Assembly: GCA_035309945.1 (NCBI GenBank) | Contig: DATGEQ010000114.1 | Location: 4,266-68,265, forward strand | Reading direction: 5' to 3' | Length of the DNA stretch: 64,000 nucleotides | From: Gemmatimonadales bacterium | GTDB taxonomy: Bacteria; Gemmatimonadota; Gemmatimonadetes; Gemmatimonadales; GWC2-71-9 | Shown: piece by piece, positions 36,677 to 44,600 of the stretch | Position numbering within the stretch: position 1 is the stretch's first letter | How the letters are laid out: every line of letters starts with the position of its first letter | The notes under the pieces: model-generated | Told to the model about the DNA's origin: nothing | What the model saw: only the letters and a program-made list of their open reading frames with translations | The model's database searches: none | Translations under genes and position numbers: made by a program

Positions 36677-37090
36677 CTAAACGCGCGTTTCCTGTAGCTG
36701 CCCGGAGTAGAAGTTTGGCTTCCCGGAGGCCTGCAAGATCGCGTGGACCACAAACTCGAGTCCCACAAAGAACAGCCCGCCCCACAGCAACCCGGGAAGC
36801 TCGGTCGTGTTGCGGCCGTAGAGCAGCAGCAACCAGCGCGCCACTTCATAGCACCACAACCCGCCCGCAAACCAGCCGAGGACGCGAATCAGTTTTCCGC
36901 CGGACGTTTCGATGCCGGGGATCTTGAGGAGGACCACCTCGACCCAGTGCCCGACGTAGGTGAAGCAGAACGCGAGCGTGAACGCGTCGAGCAGGTCCCA
37001 GCCGAGCAACCCTTGATGGGGCAGCACGGTCGTGTAGATGAGGAAGGCGAGCGGGATCGCCAGCAGCGTGCTACGGGTGAGGTCTTTCAT
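36677..37090 (-). CDS. hypothetical 4-TM membrane protein
   Basis: ORF 36677..37090. Overlaps the S9 peptidase 3' end by 20 nt (same strand). Confidence 0.5.
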   Translation of the reverse strand: MKDLTRSTLLAIPLAFLIYTTVLPHQGLLGWDLLDAFTLAFCFTYVGHWVEVVLLKIPGIETSGGKLIRVLGWFAGGLWCYEVARWLLLLYGRNTTELPGLLWGGLFFVGLEFVVHAILQASGKPNFYSGQLQETRV

Positions 37091-39083
37091 TCAAGTAGTC
37101 CCCCAGCCAGTCCAGGACGGTGCCCCACCAGATCCGGCGATTGCGCGGCCGCAACACCCAGTGTCCCTCGTCCGGGAAATACAGGAATTTGGCGTTCACT
37201 CCCATCCGCTTCGCCGCCGTAAACGCCTGGTAGCCCTCGGACAAGTCCACGCGATAGTCGAGCTGGCTGTGCACGATCAAGATCGGTGTCTTCCAGTCGC
37301 TCACATGATTCAACGGAGACCACTTCTCGTACAAGTCCCTGTTCCTGTAAACCGGCCCGCCGAACTCCCAATCCGGGAACCACAGCTCCTCGGTGCTGCC
37401 GGACATGCTCACGGTGTTGAACACGCCGTCGTGCGCAACGAGCACTTTGAAACGGTTCGTGTGACCCGCGAGCCAATAGATCATGTAGCCGCCATAGGAC
37501 GCGCCCGCTGCGCCCATGCGCGTCGAGTCCACGTAAGGCAAGCGCGCGACGATATCCAGTCCTTTCATCAGGTCTTCGTACGGGTAGTCACCCCAGTGCT
37601 GCGAGATGGCGTCGGTGAACTTCTGCCCGTAGCCCGTCGAGCCGTGGAAGTTGACCTCGGCGACGACGTAGCCGCGCGACGCGAACAGCTGATTGTTCCA
37701 GCGGGGGCCCCAGCTGTCGGTCCAGGCGCCCTGCGGTCCGCCATGGATCAAATAGATCAGCGGATACTTCTTGGCCGGGTCGAAACCTGGCGGTTTTTGC
37801 AGCCAGCCGAACACTGAATCGCCCAGCGCGCCGACGAAGCCGAACTCCTCGAGCGGCGGCAGATCGAGCGTCGCGAGCGCGGAGTCGTTCTGATGCGTGA
37901 GGGCCTTGCCCGAAACCCAGACCTCCGCCGGTTGCGAGTTCGATTGATGCAGATAAACGAGCGTCTTGTTATCGGGACCGACTTGCACGCCGGTGTTCAC
38001 GCCGCCCGTGATGACGCGCGTGCGTTTGTAGCCCGGAATCTCGATGCGATAGATGTTGTCGCGCCCGCGCTCCTCGACGACGGCGTAGACGCATTTCGAG
38101 TTGGGGCACCACGTGTACGAGCCGATGGAAAGCGTCCAGCCGGCAGTTGCGTCGACGGGCGAACCCATGCCCGTGCTGCGGTCGGCGACCATCAATCGCA
38201 CCCGATCGGCTTCGAACCCGGCGCGCTCCATCGAGAGAAAGGACGCCCAACGGTTGTCGGGAGAAAACCGCGGCGTGTTATCGGCGCCCTGGTTGGTGGT
38301 GATCCGGTGGAGCATCGGACCGTCGATGGTATAGAGATCGACATTGGTGTTGTCGGCAACCGTTGAGTCACCATGCATCGCCACGACCAGGAATTGCCCG
38401 TCGGGCGAGACCGCGTAGTCGCCATCACCGCTCGTCGCGATGGTCGGCACGTCGTGATCGATGGGTGTGAGATCGGTGCCCTTCCCCGTCGCGAGGTCGA
38501 CGCGGAACAGGTGCTGCCGCTGGCCGGCCCGGAACTCATCCCAGTGGCGCCAGAGGAACCCCGTCCAGATTCGCGCGCCGGTCGGAAAGTCACCGTTGCG
38601 CCGATCGATCTCCTGATCCACGGGCCACTTGATGTCGCTCGTGACCAGGAAGCCGGATCCATCCGGCAGCCAGACAGGGTCGGACGCGCCGTCCGGCAGA
38701 TGCGACACTTTGCGCGCATCGCCGCCCGCGTTCGGCATCACCCAGACTTGCGCGCCCGAGTCGCGCGTCGAGACGAACGCGAGCGTCTTGCCGTCGGGCG
38801 ACCAGCGCGGCTGGCGGTCGGATCCCGGACCGTTCGTGAGCTGGCGCGACTTCCCCGTCGCCACTTCCGCGAGCCACACGCGGGAGACGTTGCGATTGTC
38901 CTGGAGCGACGGGATCGACACGGTGTACGCGACCCACTTGCCGTCGGGGGAAAGCTGCGGATCACTCACGCTCTGCAACGCGATGAAGTCTTCGAATCGG
39001 ATGGCGCGTTTTTGGGCGAAACCGGGATCAGGGAAGAGCGACAAAGGAATGGTCAGGCATGCGAACAACAGCAACGATCGCAT
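37071..39083 (-). CDS. S9-family serine peptidase (beta-propeller + prolyl-oligopeptidase/acylaminoacyl-peptidase domain)
   Basis: Signal peptide and TolB-like propeller repeats (..PRWSPDGK..). Catalytic GASYGGYM (GxSxGG) with downstream D and H (..VHSQLDYRV.. ..PDEGHWV..). Confidence 0.9.
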   Translation of the reverse strand: MRSLLLFACLTIPLSLFPDPGFAQKRAIRFEDFIALQSVSDPQLSPDGKWVAYTVSIPSLQDNRNVSRVWLAEVATGKSRQLTNGPGSDRQPRWSPDGKTLAFVSTRDSGAQVWVMPNAGGDARKVSHLPDGASDPVWLPDGSGFLVTSDIKWPVDQEIDRRNGDFPTGARIWTGFLWRHWDEFRAGQRQHLFRVDLATGKGTDLTPIDHDVPTIATSGDGDYAVSPDGQFLVVAMHGDSTVADNTNVDLYTIDGPMLHRITTNQGADNTPRFSPDNRWASFLSMERAGFEADRVRLMVADRSTGMGSPVDATAGWTLSIGSYTWCPNSKCVYAVVEERGRDNIYRIEIPGYKRTRVITGGVNTGVQVGPDNKTLVYLHQSNSQPAEVWVSGKALTHQNDSALATLDLPPLEEFGFVGALGDSVFGWLQKPPGFDPAKKYPLIYLIHGGPQGAWTDSWGPRWNNQLFASRGYVVAEVNFHGSTGYGQKFTDAISQHWGDYPYEDLMKGLDIVARLPYVDSTRMGAAGASYGGYMIYWLAGHTNRFKVLVAHDGVFNTVSMSGSTEELWFPDWEFGGPVYRNRDLYEKWSPLNHVSDWKTPILIVHSQLDYRVDLSEGYQAFTAAKRMGVNAKFLYFPDEGHWVLRPRNRRIWWGTVLDWLGDYLNERPHP

Positions 39084-39341
39084 TCAGTACTCCGGGTGCG
39101 TGAGAATGGCGCGGACGAGGTCGTCGAAGAGCTTGGACTCCGGCGTGACGTTGCCGGCGGCGTCGGTGTGCACGTTCCAGGCAGCGAGCTCATTTAAGGC
39201 GGTCGCTTCTTCGTACGTGAGGTGCAGCACGCGACCGTTGGAGTTCTTGCTCGCCTTGTCGAGCGCCTGCTTGAGCACATCGGGGAGGTGCTTGGCGTTG
39301 CGCACCGCTTCGTACTGCTCGCTGGTCACCGTCAGGTCCAT
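39084..39341 (-). CDS. hypothetical 85-aa protein
   Basis: ORF abuts the S9 peptidase start (TGA immediately followed by ATG). No recognisable motif. Confidence 0.45.
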   Translation of the reverse strand: MDLTVTSEQYEAVRNAKHLPDVLKQALDKASKNSNGRVLHLTYEEATALNELAAWNVHTDAAGNVTPESKLFDDLVRAILTHPEY

Positions 39342-39388
39342 GCGCTAATCTTGGGTACCTGCATCGCCACCCGCAACCCAGAGCGCGC

Positions 39389-40384
39389 ATGCCACGCACC
39401 GCATTTCTTTCGACGGGCTTTCACGTCCCCGCGCGGCTCGTCACCAACGACGATCTCGCGCAAATAATGGACACGTCGGACGAATGGATCGTGCAGCGCA
39501 GCGGCATCAAGACGCGCTACTGGGTGGACAAGGGTGATACCGGCGTCTCGCTCGCGCGCGAAGCATCCAAGAAGGCCCTCGCCAAGGCGGGACTCACTCC
39601 AGCCGACATCGATTGCATCATCTACTGCACCTGCACGCCCGATCACTTCGAGCCCGGCAACGGCGTGTTTCTCCAGCGCGAGCTCGGTCTCACCGACATC
39701 CCGGCCGTCGACGTGCGCAATCAATGCAGCGGCTTCATCTACGGACTCTCGATCGCGGACGCGTGGATCCGCACGGGGCAGTACAAGCGCATCCTGCTCG
39801 TGGGCGCGGAAGTCCACTCGCGCGGCCTCGACAAGACGACGCGCGGCCGCGACACGGCGGTGCTGTTCGGCGATGGCGCGGGCGCCGCAGTGCTGGGGTC
39901 CATTGCCGACGACGGGCGCGGCGTCTTATCGACGCACATCTTCGCCGACGGACGTTATGCCGAGAAGCTCTGGGTCGATGGTCCCGGTCTGGCGCACGAT
40001 CCGTATGTGAGCGTCGAGATGCTGGAGCAGGGGCTGCATCGGGCGGTGATGGAAGGACGTGACGTCTTCAAGTTCGCCTCGATCAAGATGCCCGAATCCG
40101 TCGCCATCGCCCTCAAGACCAACCGACTCACTTCCGCCGACATCAAACTGCTCGTCCCGCATCAGGCCAACCTGCGGATCATTGAAATGGTCCAGAAGGC
40201 GGCCGGCCTCCGCGACGATCAGATCTACAGCAACATTCAGAAGTACGGCAACACCACCGCGGCGTCGATTCCGATCGCGCTCGATGAAGCGATCGGCGAG
40301 GGGCGGCTCGCGCCAGGGGACGTGCTCGTCCTGACGGCGTTTGGGTCGGGATTTACTTGGGGGAGTGCGGCGATTCGCTGGTAG
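39389..40384 (+). CDS. fabH: 3-oxoacyl-ACP synthase III
   Basis: ..DEWIVQRSGIKTR.. active-site ..NQCSGFIYGL.. ..VPHQANLRII.. ..GNTTAASIPIAL.. ..AFGSGFTWGSA... Confidence 0.92.
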   Translation: MPRTAFLSTGFHVPARLVTNDDLAQIMDTSDEWIVQRSGIKTRYWVDKGDTGVSLAREASKKALAKAGLTPADIDCIIYCTCTPDHFEPGNGVFLQRELGLTDIPAVDVRNQCSGFIYGLSIADAWIRTGQYKRILLVGAEVHSRGLDKTTRGRDTAVLFGDGAGAAVLGSIADDGRGVLSTHIFADGRYAEKLWVDGPGLAHDPYVSVEMLEQGLHRAVMEGRDVFKFASIKMPESVAIALKTNRLTSADIKLLVPHQANLRIIEMVQKAAGLRDDQIYSNIQKYGNTTAASIPIALDEAIGEGRLAPGDVLVLTAFGSGFTWGSAAIRW

Positions 40385-41027
40385 CGTCCAGCGCCTTCAG
40401 CTCCTTGAGCTCGCGTTCCGCGCCGACCGCGAGCGGCGACCCGCGATAGCGATCCACGAATCGGGCCAGCTCCACACGGAGCCGTCCGGTCCGTCCCGTC
40501 TTCCGATACAAATCGATCAGCCCATTCGCCGCGCGCATTTGCTCGCGACCACTCGCCGGCGGCTGCGCGTTGCGAATCTCGAGATAGAGCCGCTCGGCTT
40601 CATCATAGCCCGCCAACTTCGTTTCCAGGAGATGCGCGAGCAGGATGCGAGCCTCGTGATCGTCCGGCTCGATCCGGATATGATCGCGAAACCAGTCGGC
40701 CGCCTCGGCATACTCCCCGCGCACGATCAGCACGTCCTGCCGCGGATACGTTCGCGGGGGCGCAATGTCGCCGGCCGCAAAGATCATCTTGACCAGCCCG
40801 GTCGAGGTCGCATTCACCGACTTGTGAATGGCGACGACGGCGGCGGCGGCCAGCGGAATGTTGAGTACCGTGAGCAACGCCTCCATCCACCCCGGTATCC
40901 AGCCCTTGGCGTGCGCGAAGTACCAGGCCATCGTCAGCATGATGAAGCAGGGAGGACCAAACAGGACCGCGACGCGCAGCAGCTGCGTGCGCTCCGCCGC
41001 ATCGATGTCGCGTAGCCCGGTTGCCAT
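40353..41027 (-). CDS. membrane-anchored TPR-like protein
   Basis: ORF 40353..41087, start preferred at ATG 41027 (MATGLRDID). Two TM helices, then ..YAEAADWFRDHIRIEPDDHEARILLAHLLETKLAGYDEAERLYLEI.. TPR-like repeats. Its 3' end overlaps fabH convergently by 32 nt. Confidence 0.45.
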   Translation of the reverse strand: MATGLRDIDAAERTQLLRVAVLFGPPCFIMLTMAWYFAHAKGWIPGWMEALLTVLNIPLAAAAVVAIHKSVNATSTGLVKMIFAAGDIAPPRTYPRQDVLIVRGEYAEAADWFRDHIRIEPDDHEARILLAHLLETKLAGYDEAERLYLEIRNAQPPASGREQMRAANGLIDLYRKTGRTGRLRVELARFVDRYRGSPLAVGAERELKELKALDATSESPHSPK

Positions 41028-41098
41028 CGGAAACGAGATTGCGCCTGAAACGCACCCCTGGCAAGTTGCGTACAGGCCCGTACTCAACAGGAGATCAT

Positions 41099-41368
41099 AT
41101 GTTTGCGACGTTGGGCCTCATCCTGGCCGGCACCGCGCTGGTCGGGGGATACACCGTCACCAAGAACTTCGTCCGGCGCCGGCTGCGCTACGTCGATGCG
41201 GTTAAGAGACCCGCCGCGCCGCTCGTCGCGGGAGCCGTTGCCGCGGTGGCGCTGCTGCCGGCGACGTTATTGCCCGCGATTGGCGTGGGGACGATGTTGG
41301 CGTTGGGTGTCGGTGTAGCCGGTGGAGTGGCGAGCGGCCGGAACGCGCCTCCCCCCGAGAACGACTAG
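41099..41368 (+). CDS. small (89 aa) 3-TM membrane protein
   Basis: ATG 41099 is preceded by AGGAGA (41089-41094), one of the few clear Shine-Dalgarno sites in the window. Confidence 0.5.
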   Translation: MFATLGLILAGTALVGGYTVTKNFVRRRLRYVDAVKRPAAPLVAGAVAAVALLPATLLPAIGVGTMLALGVGVAGGVASGRNAPPPEND

Positions 41369-42249
41369 CCGGCGCGCAACGCCTCGGGGCGGCCGGCCAC
41401 CATTCTGAGTGCGCGCACCGCTTCGCGCGCAAAGGTGTGGCCCGCACCCTTCTCGATTTCCTCCAGCGCGCTCCAGCGCGTGAACGCGGGGCGCACCGGC
41501 GTCGCCATCTGCAGCGTCTCGAATGCGTCGGCGACGGCGAGCACCTTCACCGTCATCGGCATCGGCAGCGCTTCGATATCCCACTCATCGCCGACGATCT
41601 CGTAGTAATGCGAGTACTCCGCGATGATCTGCGCGGCGCCGCGGAGCGCGCGCGCGACCGCCAACGTTTCATCCGTCACGGAGCGCGTCAGCAGCTTCAG
41701 CAAACGCTGATCGGCCGTTCCCACTTCGTGCAGGAGCGCCGCGATCCGCAGGTTCTCGAGCTCGCCCGCCGGCAACTTGAGCTCTGCGCCCATGGCTGCC
41801 GCAAGCTCGGCCACGCGAGTCGAATGACCTTCTTGATTCGTCTCCGCTGACTCGATGTGAAAGGTCAACACCTCGAGCGTAGCGAGATACGCGTTCTTGA
41901 GATCGGTGAGACGCGACGCGCGCTGTTCGGCCAGACCGCCCACGACGTAGCCGGTGAGGATGAGAAAGCCGGCCCACGGGACCAGCGTCAACAGCGTGTC
42001 CTCGCTCAACCCCGGCGCGTCGCCGAGGCCCTGCGTTGCCTGGAAGAACAACACGAGCGCTACGACAAAAAATCCGGATCCGACGGCGAAGCGGCGGCCG
42101 CCATAAAAGCCCGCGAGAATGATCGGTAGATAGTAGAAGCTCAGAAACGCGAACTTTTGGTCGATCAGGGAATTGATGACGAGCATCGAAGCGACGAGCA
42201 GCACCACCAGAACGCGCTCGAAATGCTTCAAGAAGAACTGCTGAATCAC
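41365..42249 (-). CDS. membrane protein with degenerate HD-GYP-like domain
   Basis: ORF 41365..42339, GTG 42249 preferred. 5 TM helices, then ..GHSTRVAELAAAMG..LRIAALLHEVGT.. (HE replaces HD), ..EYSHYYEIVGDEWD.. (replaces HHE..GYP), ..VLAVADAFETL... Confidence 0.55.
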   Translation of the reverse strand: MIQQFFLKHFERVLVVLLVASMLVINSLIDQKFAFLSFYYLPIILAGFYGGRRFAVGSGFFVVALVLFFQATQGLGDAPGLSEDTLLTLVPWAGFLILTGYVVGGLAEQRASRLTDLKNAYLATLEVLTFHIESAETNQEGHSTRVAELAAAMGAELKLPAGELENLRIAALLHEVGTADQRLLKLLTRSVTDETLAVARALRGAAQIIAEYSHYYEIVGDEWDIEALPMPMTVKVLAVADAFETLQMATPVRPAFTRWSALEEIEKGAGHTFAREAVRALRMVAGRPEALRAG

Positions 42250-42414
42250 AAAACCCTTTCGACTAAGGAGATACAGCGCGGGCGAGCGTCCGAACCAAAG
42301 TGAGTGAGTGGTAGGCAATCTGCAAGTGAGAACGGTCACAATCGCGCACCATTGAGCACGCGGTAGCGCCCGGCACGGAATTCGCCTAGCCGATCACCCG
42401 GGGAGATGCGTGGA

Positions 42415-42451
42415 CAGGCGGGGGCCTGCGCGTCCTGGAGGCCCCCGCCTG
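42415..42451 (-). terminator. perfect 12-bp GC hairpin downstream of the small Cys4 gene
   Basis: CAGGCGGGGGCC (42415-42426) / GGCCCCCGCCTG (42440-42451) with a 13-nt loop. No U-tract. Confidence 0.3.
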
Positions 42452-42474
42452 AGAGGCAACGGATTCTGCTTGCG

Positions 42475-42677
42475 TCAGCCCTTGTCGCGATCGCTCTCGG
42501 GTTCAGTAAGTGGATCACGCCGGTCGTAGCCGGGGCACTGCAGAACCGGTAGCGGCGGGTAGCGCAGGAACCGGGGGTCGGTGTCGGCGCGCAGGCAGCG
42601 GTAGAAGACGGATCCCCGACGGTTCGTCGCACTCCGCACCCAGCGGCACGTCGCGCAAAGCCCTACGGAATCGGTCA
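42475..42677 (-). CDS. small Cys4 (CxxC...C...C) protein, conserved hypothetical
   Basis: ATG 42677: MTDSVGLCATCRWVRSATNRRGSVFYRCLRADTDPRFLRYPPLPVLQCPGYDRR... The ..RF..YPP.PV..C.G.. pattern matches a small family I recall as widely conserved. Confidence 0.55.
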
Positions 42678-42705
42678 TTAGGTCGAAAGACAAGCTAGTT
42701 ATATC

Positions 42706-43542
42706 TTGGAGCCCGTGAGCTCGGCCCAGGTCGACGACTTCGGGCTGCCCCCCGGAGTCCGAGACGAGTACCTCCAAGGCGCGCGCGATCAGTTGGGCGC
42801 AATCGCAGAGCTGGCGGAGCGGCTGATCGCCGCCGGCGACGACACGGCCGCAATCGAAACGCTGCGCCGCGATGCCCATCGTCTGCGTGGCTCGGCCGGA
42901 TCGTTCGGATTTCCCCAAGCCTCGGTCGTCGCCGCCGAGCTCGAAGAAGCCGCCAAACGCTGGCTCGAGCATCCCGACAACGGCGTGGGGGACCGCGGCA
43001 AAATGACTCGTGCGTTCGTTCGCCGCCTCGCAGCGTCGCTTTTCACGAAACAGGCTACTGCTCCCGCCGCGGCACCGCCGTCTGACGTCGCCGCCCCTGC
43101 GCCGCCGCCTTTGATCGCCGCCCCTTTGCCGCCCCCCTCCACCGCAATGTCGGAGCCGGACGTTCCCGAAGTAATCGTCGTCGAGGATGATCCTGCCTTG
43201 GGAGAGCTGCTCACTTTTGGTCTCGAGGCGCGTGGATATCGGTTCCTGCACTTTCACAATGGCCGCGAGGCGCTGGACGTGCTCGAAACGATGGACACGC
43301 GCGGCACGAGGCAAGCGCCACTGCTGCTCCTGGACGTCGACCTTCCGGCGCTGGACGGGTACTCAATTTTCGAGGAGCTGCAGCAGAAATGCCCGGGGAA
43401 GTTCCGCGTGGTCTTCACGACCGTGCACGGCAGCGAGACCGAGCAGCTGCGTGGTCTTGAGGCGGGCGCGATCGACTACATGGTCAAGCCGATGAGCCTG
43501 CGCGTGGCGCTGGAGAAAATCCGGCGCTGGGTGGGCCGATGA
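42706..43542 (+). CDS. Hpt - linker - receiver (REC) phosphorelay protein
   Basis: Hpt His motif ..RRDAHRLRGSAGSFGF... Ala/Pro linker. REC with ..VIVVEDD.. ..LLLLDVDLPALDG.. ..DYMVKP... TTG 42706 (alternative GTG 42715). Confidence 0.8.
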   Translation: MEPVSSAQVDDFGLPPGVRDEYLQGARDQLGAIAELAERLIAAGDDTAAIETLRRDAHRLRGSAGSFGFPQASVVAAELEEAAKRWLEHPDNGVGDRGKMTRAFVRRLAASLFTKQATAPAAAPPSDVAAPAPPPLIAAPLPPPSTAMSEPDVPEVIVVEDDPALGELLTFGLEARGYRFLHFHNGREALDVLETMDTRGTRQAPLLLLDVDLPALDGYSIFEELQQKCPGKFRVVFTTVHGSETEQLRGLEAGAIDYMVKPMSLRVALEKIRRWVGR

Positions 43543-44600
43543 AGGCGCACACCTTTCTCATCGTGGTTGCCATTGTCCAGGGATTTCTGCTCGGCGCCCT
43601 CATGGCGCTGATCGTCCTGAACCGCTGGTTTCGGTTGCGCCGGAGCTCGCGCCTCAATCCTCGCCGCGAAGCGGTCGATGCCTCGATGCGCCGCTGGACC
43701 GCGGGGGCCGCCCCGCTCGCCGGCGTGCTCGTCGGGCTGTCGCGTCTGCCCGTCCCGCTTGCGATCGATGCGCTCGTCAAATGGTCGGCGCGCGTGCCTG
43801 GCGAGCGCTGGCGACAGCTGGCGGAAGCGCTCGAGCACACCTGGTGGGCCAGGCTGGTCCGCGCGAACAGCAGCTCGGCGCGCTGGTGGAAGCGGCTCGA
43901 AACTGCTCGATTCCTGAGCGTCGCGGCCACACCTCGCGACGTCGCGCGGCTCACGACCCTCATCGACGATCCGCATCCTGCCGTGCACGTGGCAGCGGTC
44001 GCGAGCCTCGAGCGCATGGAAAACACGCGGCTCACCTTGGCCGCGCTCGACCGGCTCCCGCAACTCGCACCGACCGTGCAGGCCTATTACGCCGCGATGC
44101 TGCTGCGCTCACGCCCGGTCGTAGTCGAACATCTGCAAAAGCGCCTGCGCCGTAGCGAAGACCCCGCCCTTCCCCGGCTGGCCGAATTCGCCGCCCGGCT
44201 GGGCGAGCCGGCGTTGCGCGAACGCCTGACCGCGCTCGCCGATCACCCCGATCCGGAAGTCCGCGTGCAGTCGGCGCGGGCGCTCGGCAGTTTTCCGCAT
44301 CGCGACTCGGTGACGGCGTTGAAACACCTCATCGTCGACGATGCCTGGGCCGTGCGCGCGCAGGCCGCGCGCTCGCTCGGCATGATCGCGGATGTGAGCG
44401 TGCTGCCGCTCGTGAAAGCCGCGCTGCGAGACGACGTCTGGTGGGTGCGGCTGCGCGCCGCGCTCGCGCTGATGCGCTTCGCCGCCCCAGGGCGCAATGC
44501 CCTGCTCGAGGCCGAAGTCGGCGCTGATCCGTCTGCGCGGACGATCGCACAGATGGTGCTGGGACTGCCCGCGCAAGCGCTGGCGGAGTTCGCCGCGTGA
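43539..44600 (+). CDS. N-terminally anchored HEAT-repeat protein
   Basis: One TM helix, then repeated ..D(P/D)xxxVRxxAAxALG.. units (HPAVHVAAVASL, DPEVRVQSARALG, DAWAVRAQAARSLG, DVWWVRLRAALAL). ATGA overlap upstream and GTGA overlap downstream. Confidence 0.7.
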   Translation: MKAHTFLIVVAIVQGFLLGALMALIVLNRWFRLRRSSRLNPRREAVDASMRRWTAGAAPLAGVLVGLSRLPVPLAIDALVKWSARVPGERWRQLAEALEHTWWARLVRANSSSARWWKRLETARFLSVAATPRDVARLTTLIDDPHPAVHVAAVASLERMENTRLTLAALDRLPQLAPTVQAYYAAMLLRSRPVVVEHLQKRLRRSEDPALPRLAEFAARLGEPALRERLTALADHPDPEVRVQSARALGSFPHRDSVTALKHLIVDDAWAVRAQAARSLGMIADVSVLPLVKAALRDDVWWVRLRAALALMRFAAPGRNALLEAEVGADPSARTIAQMVLGLPAQALAEFAA

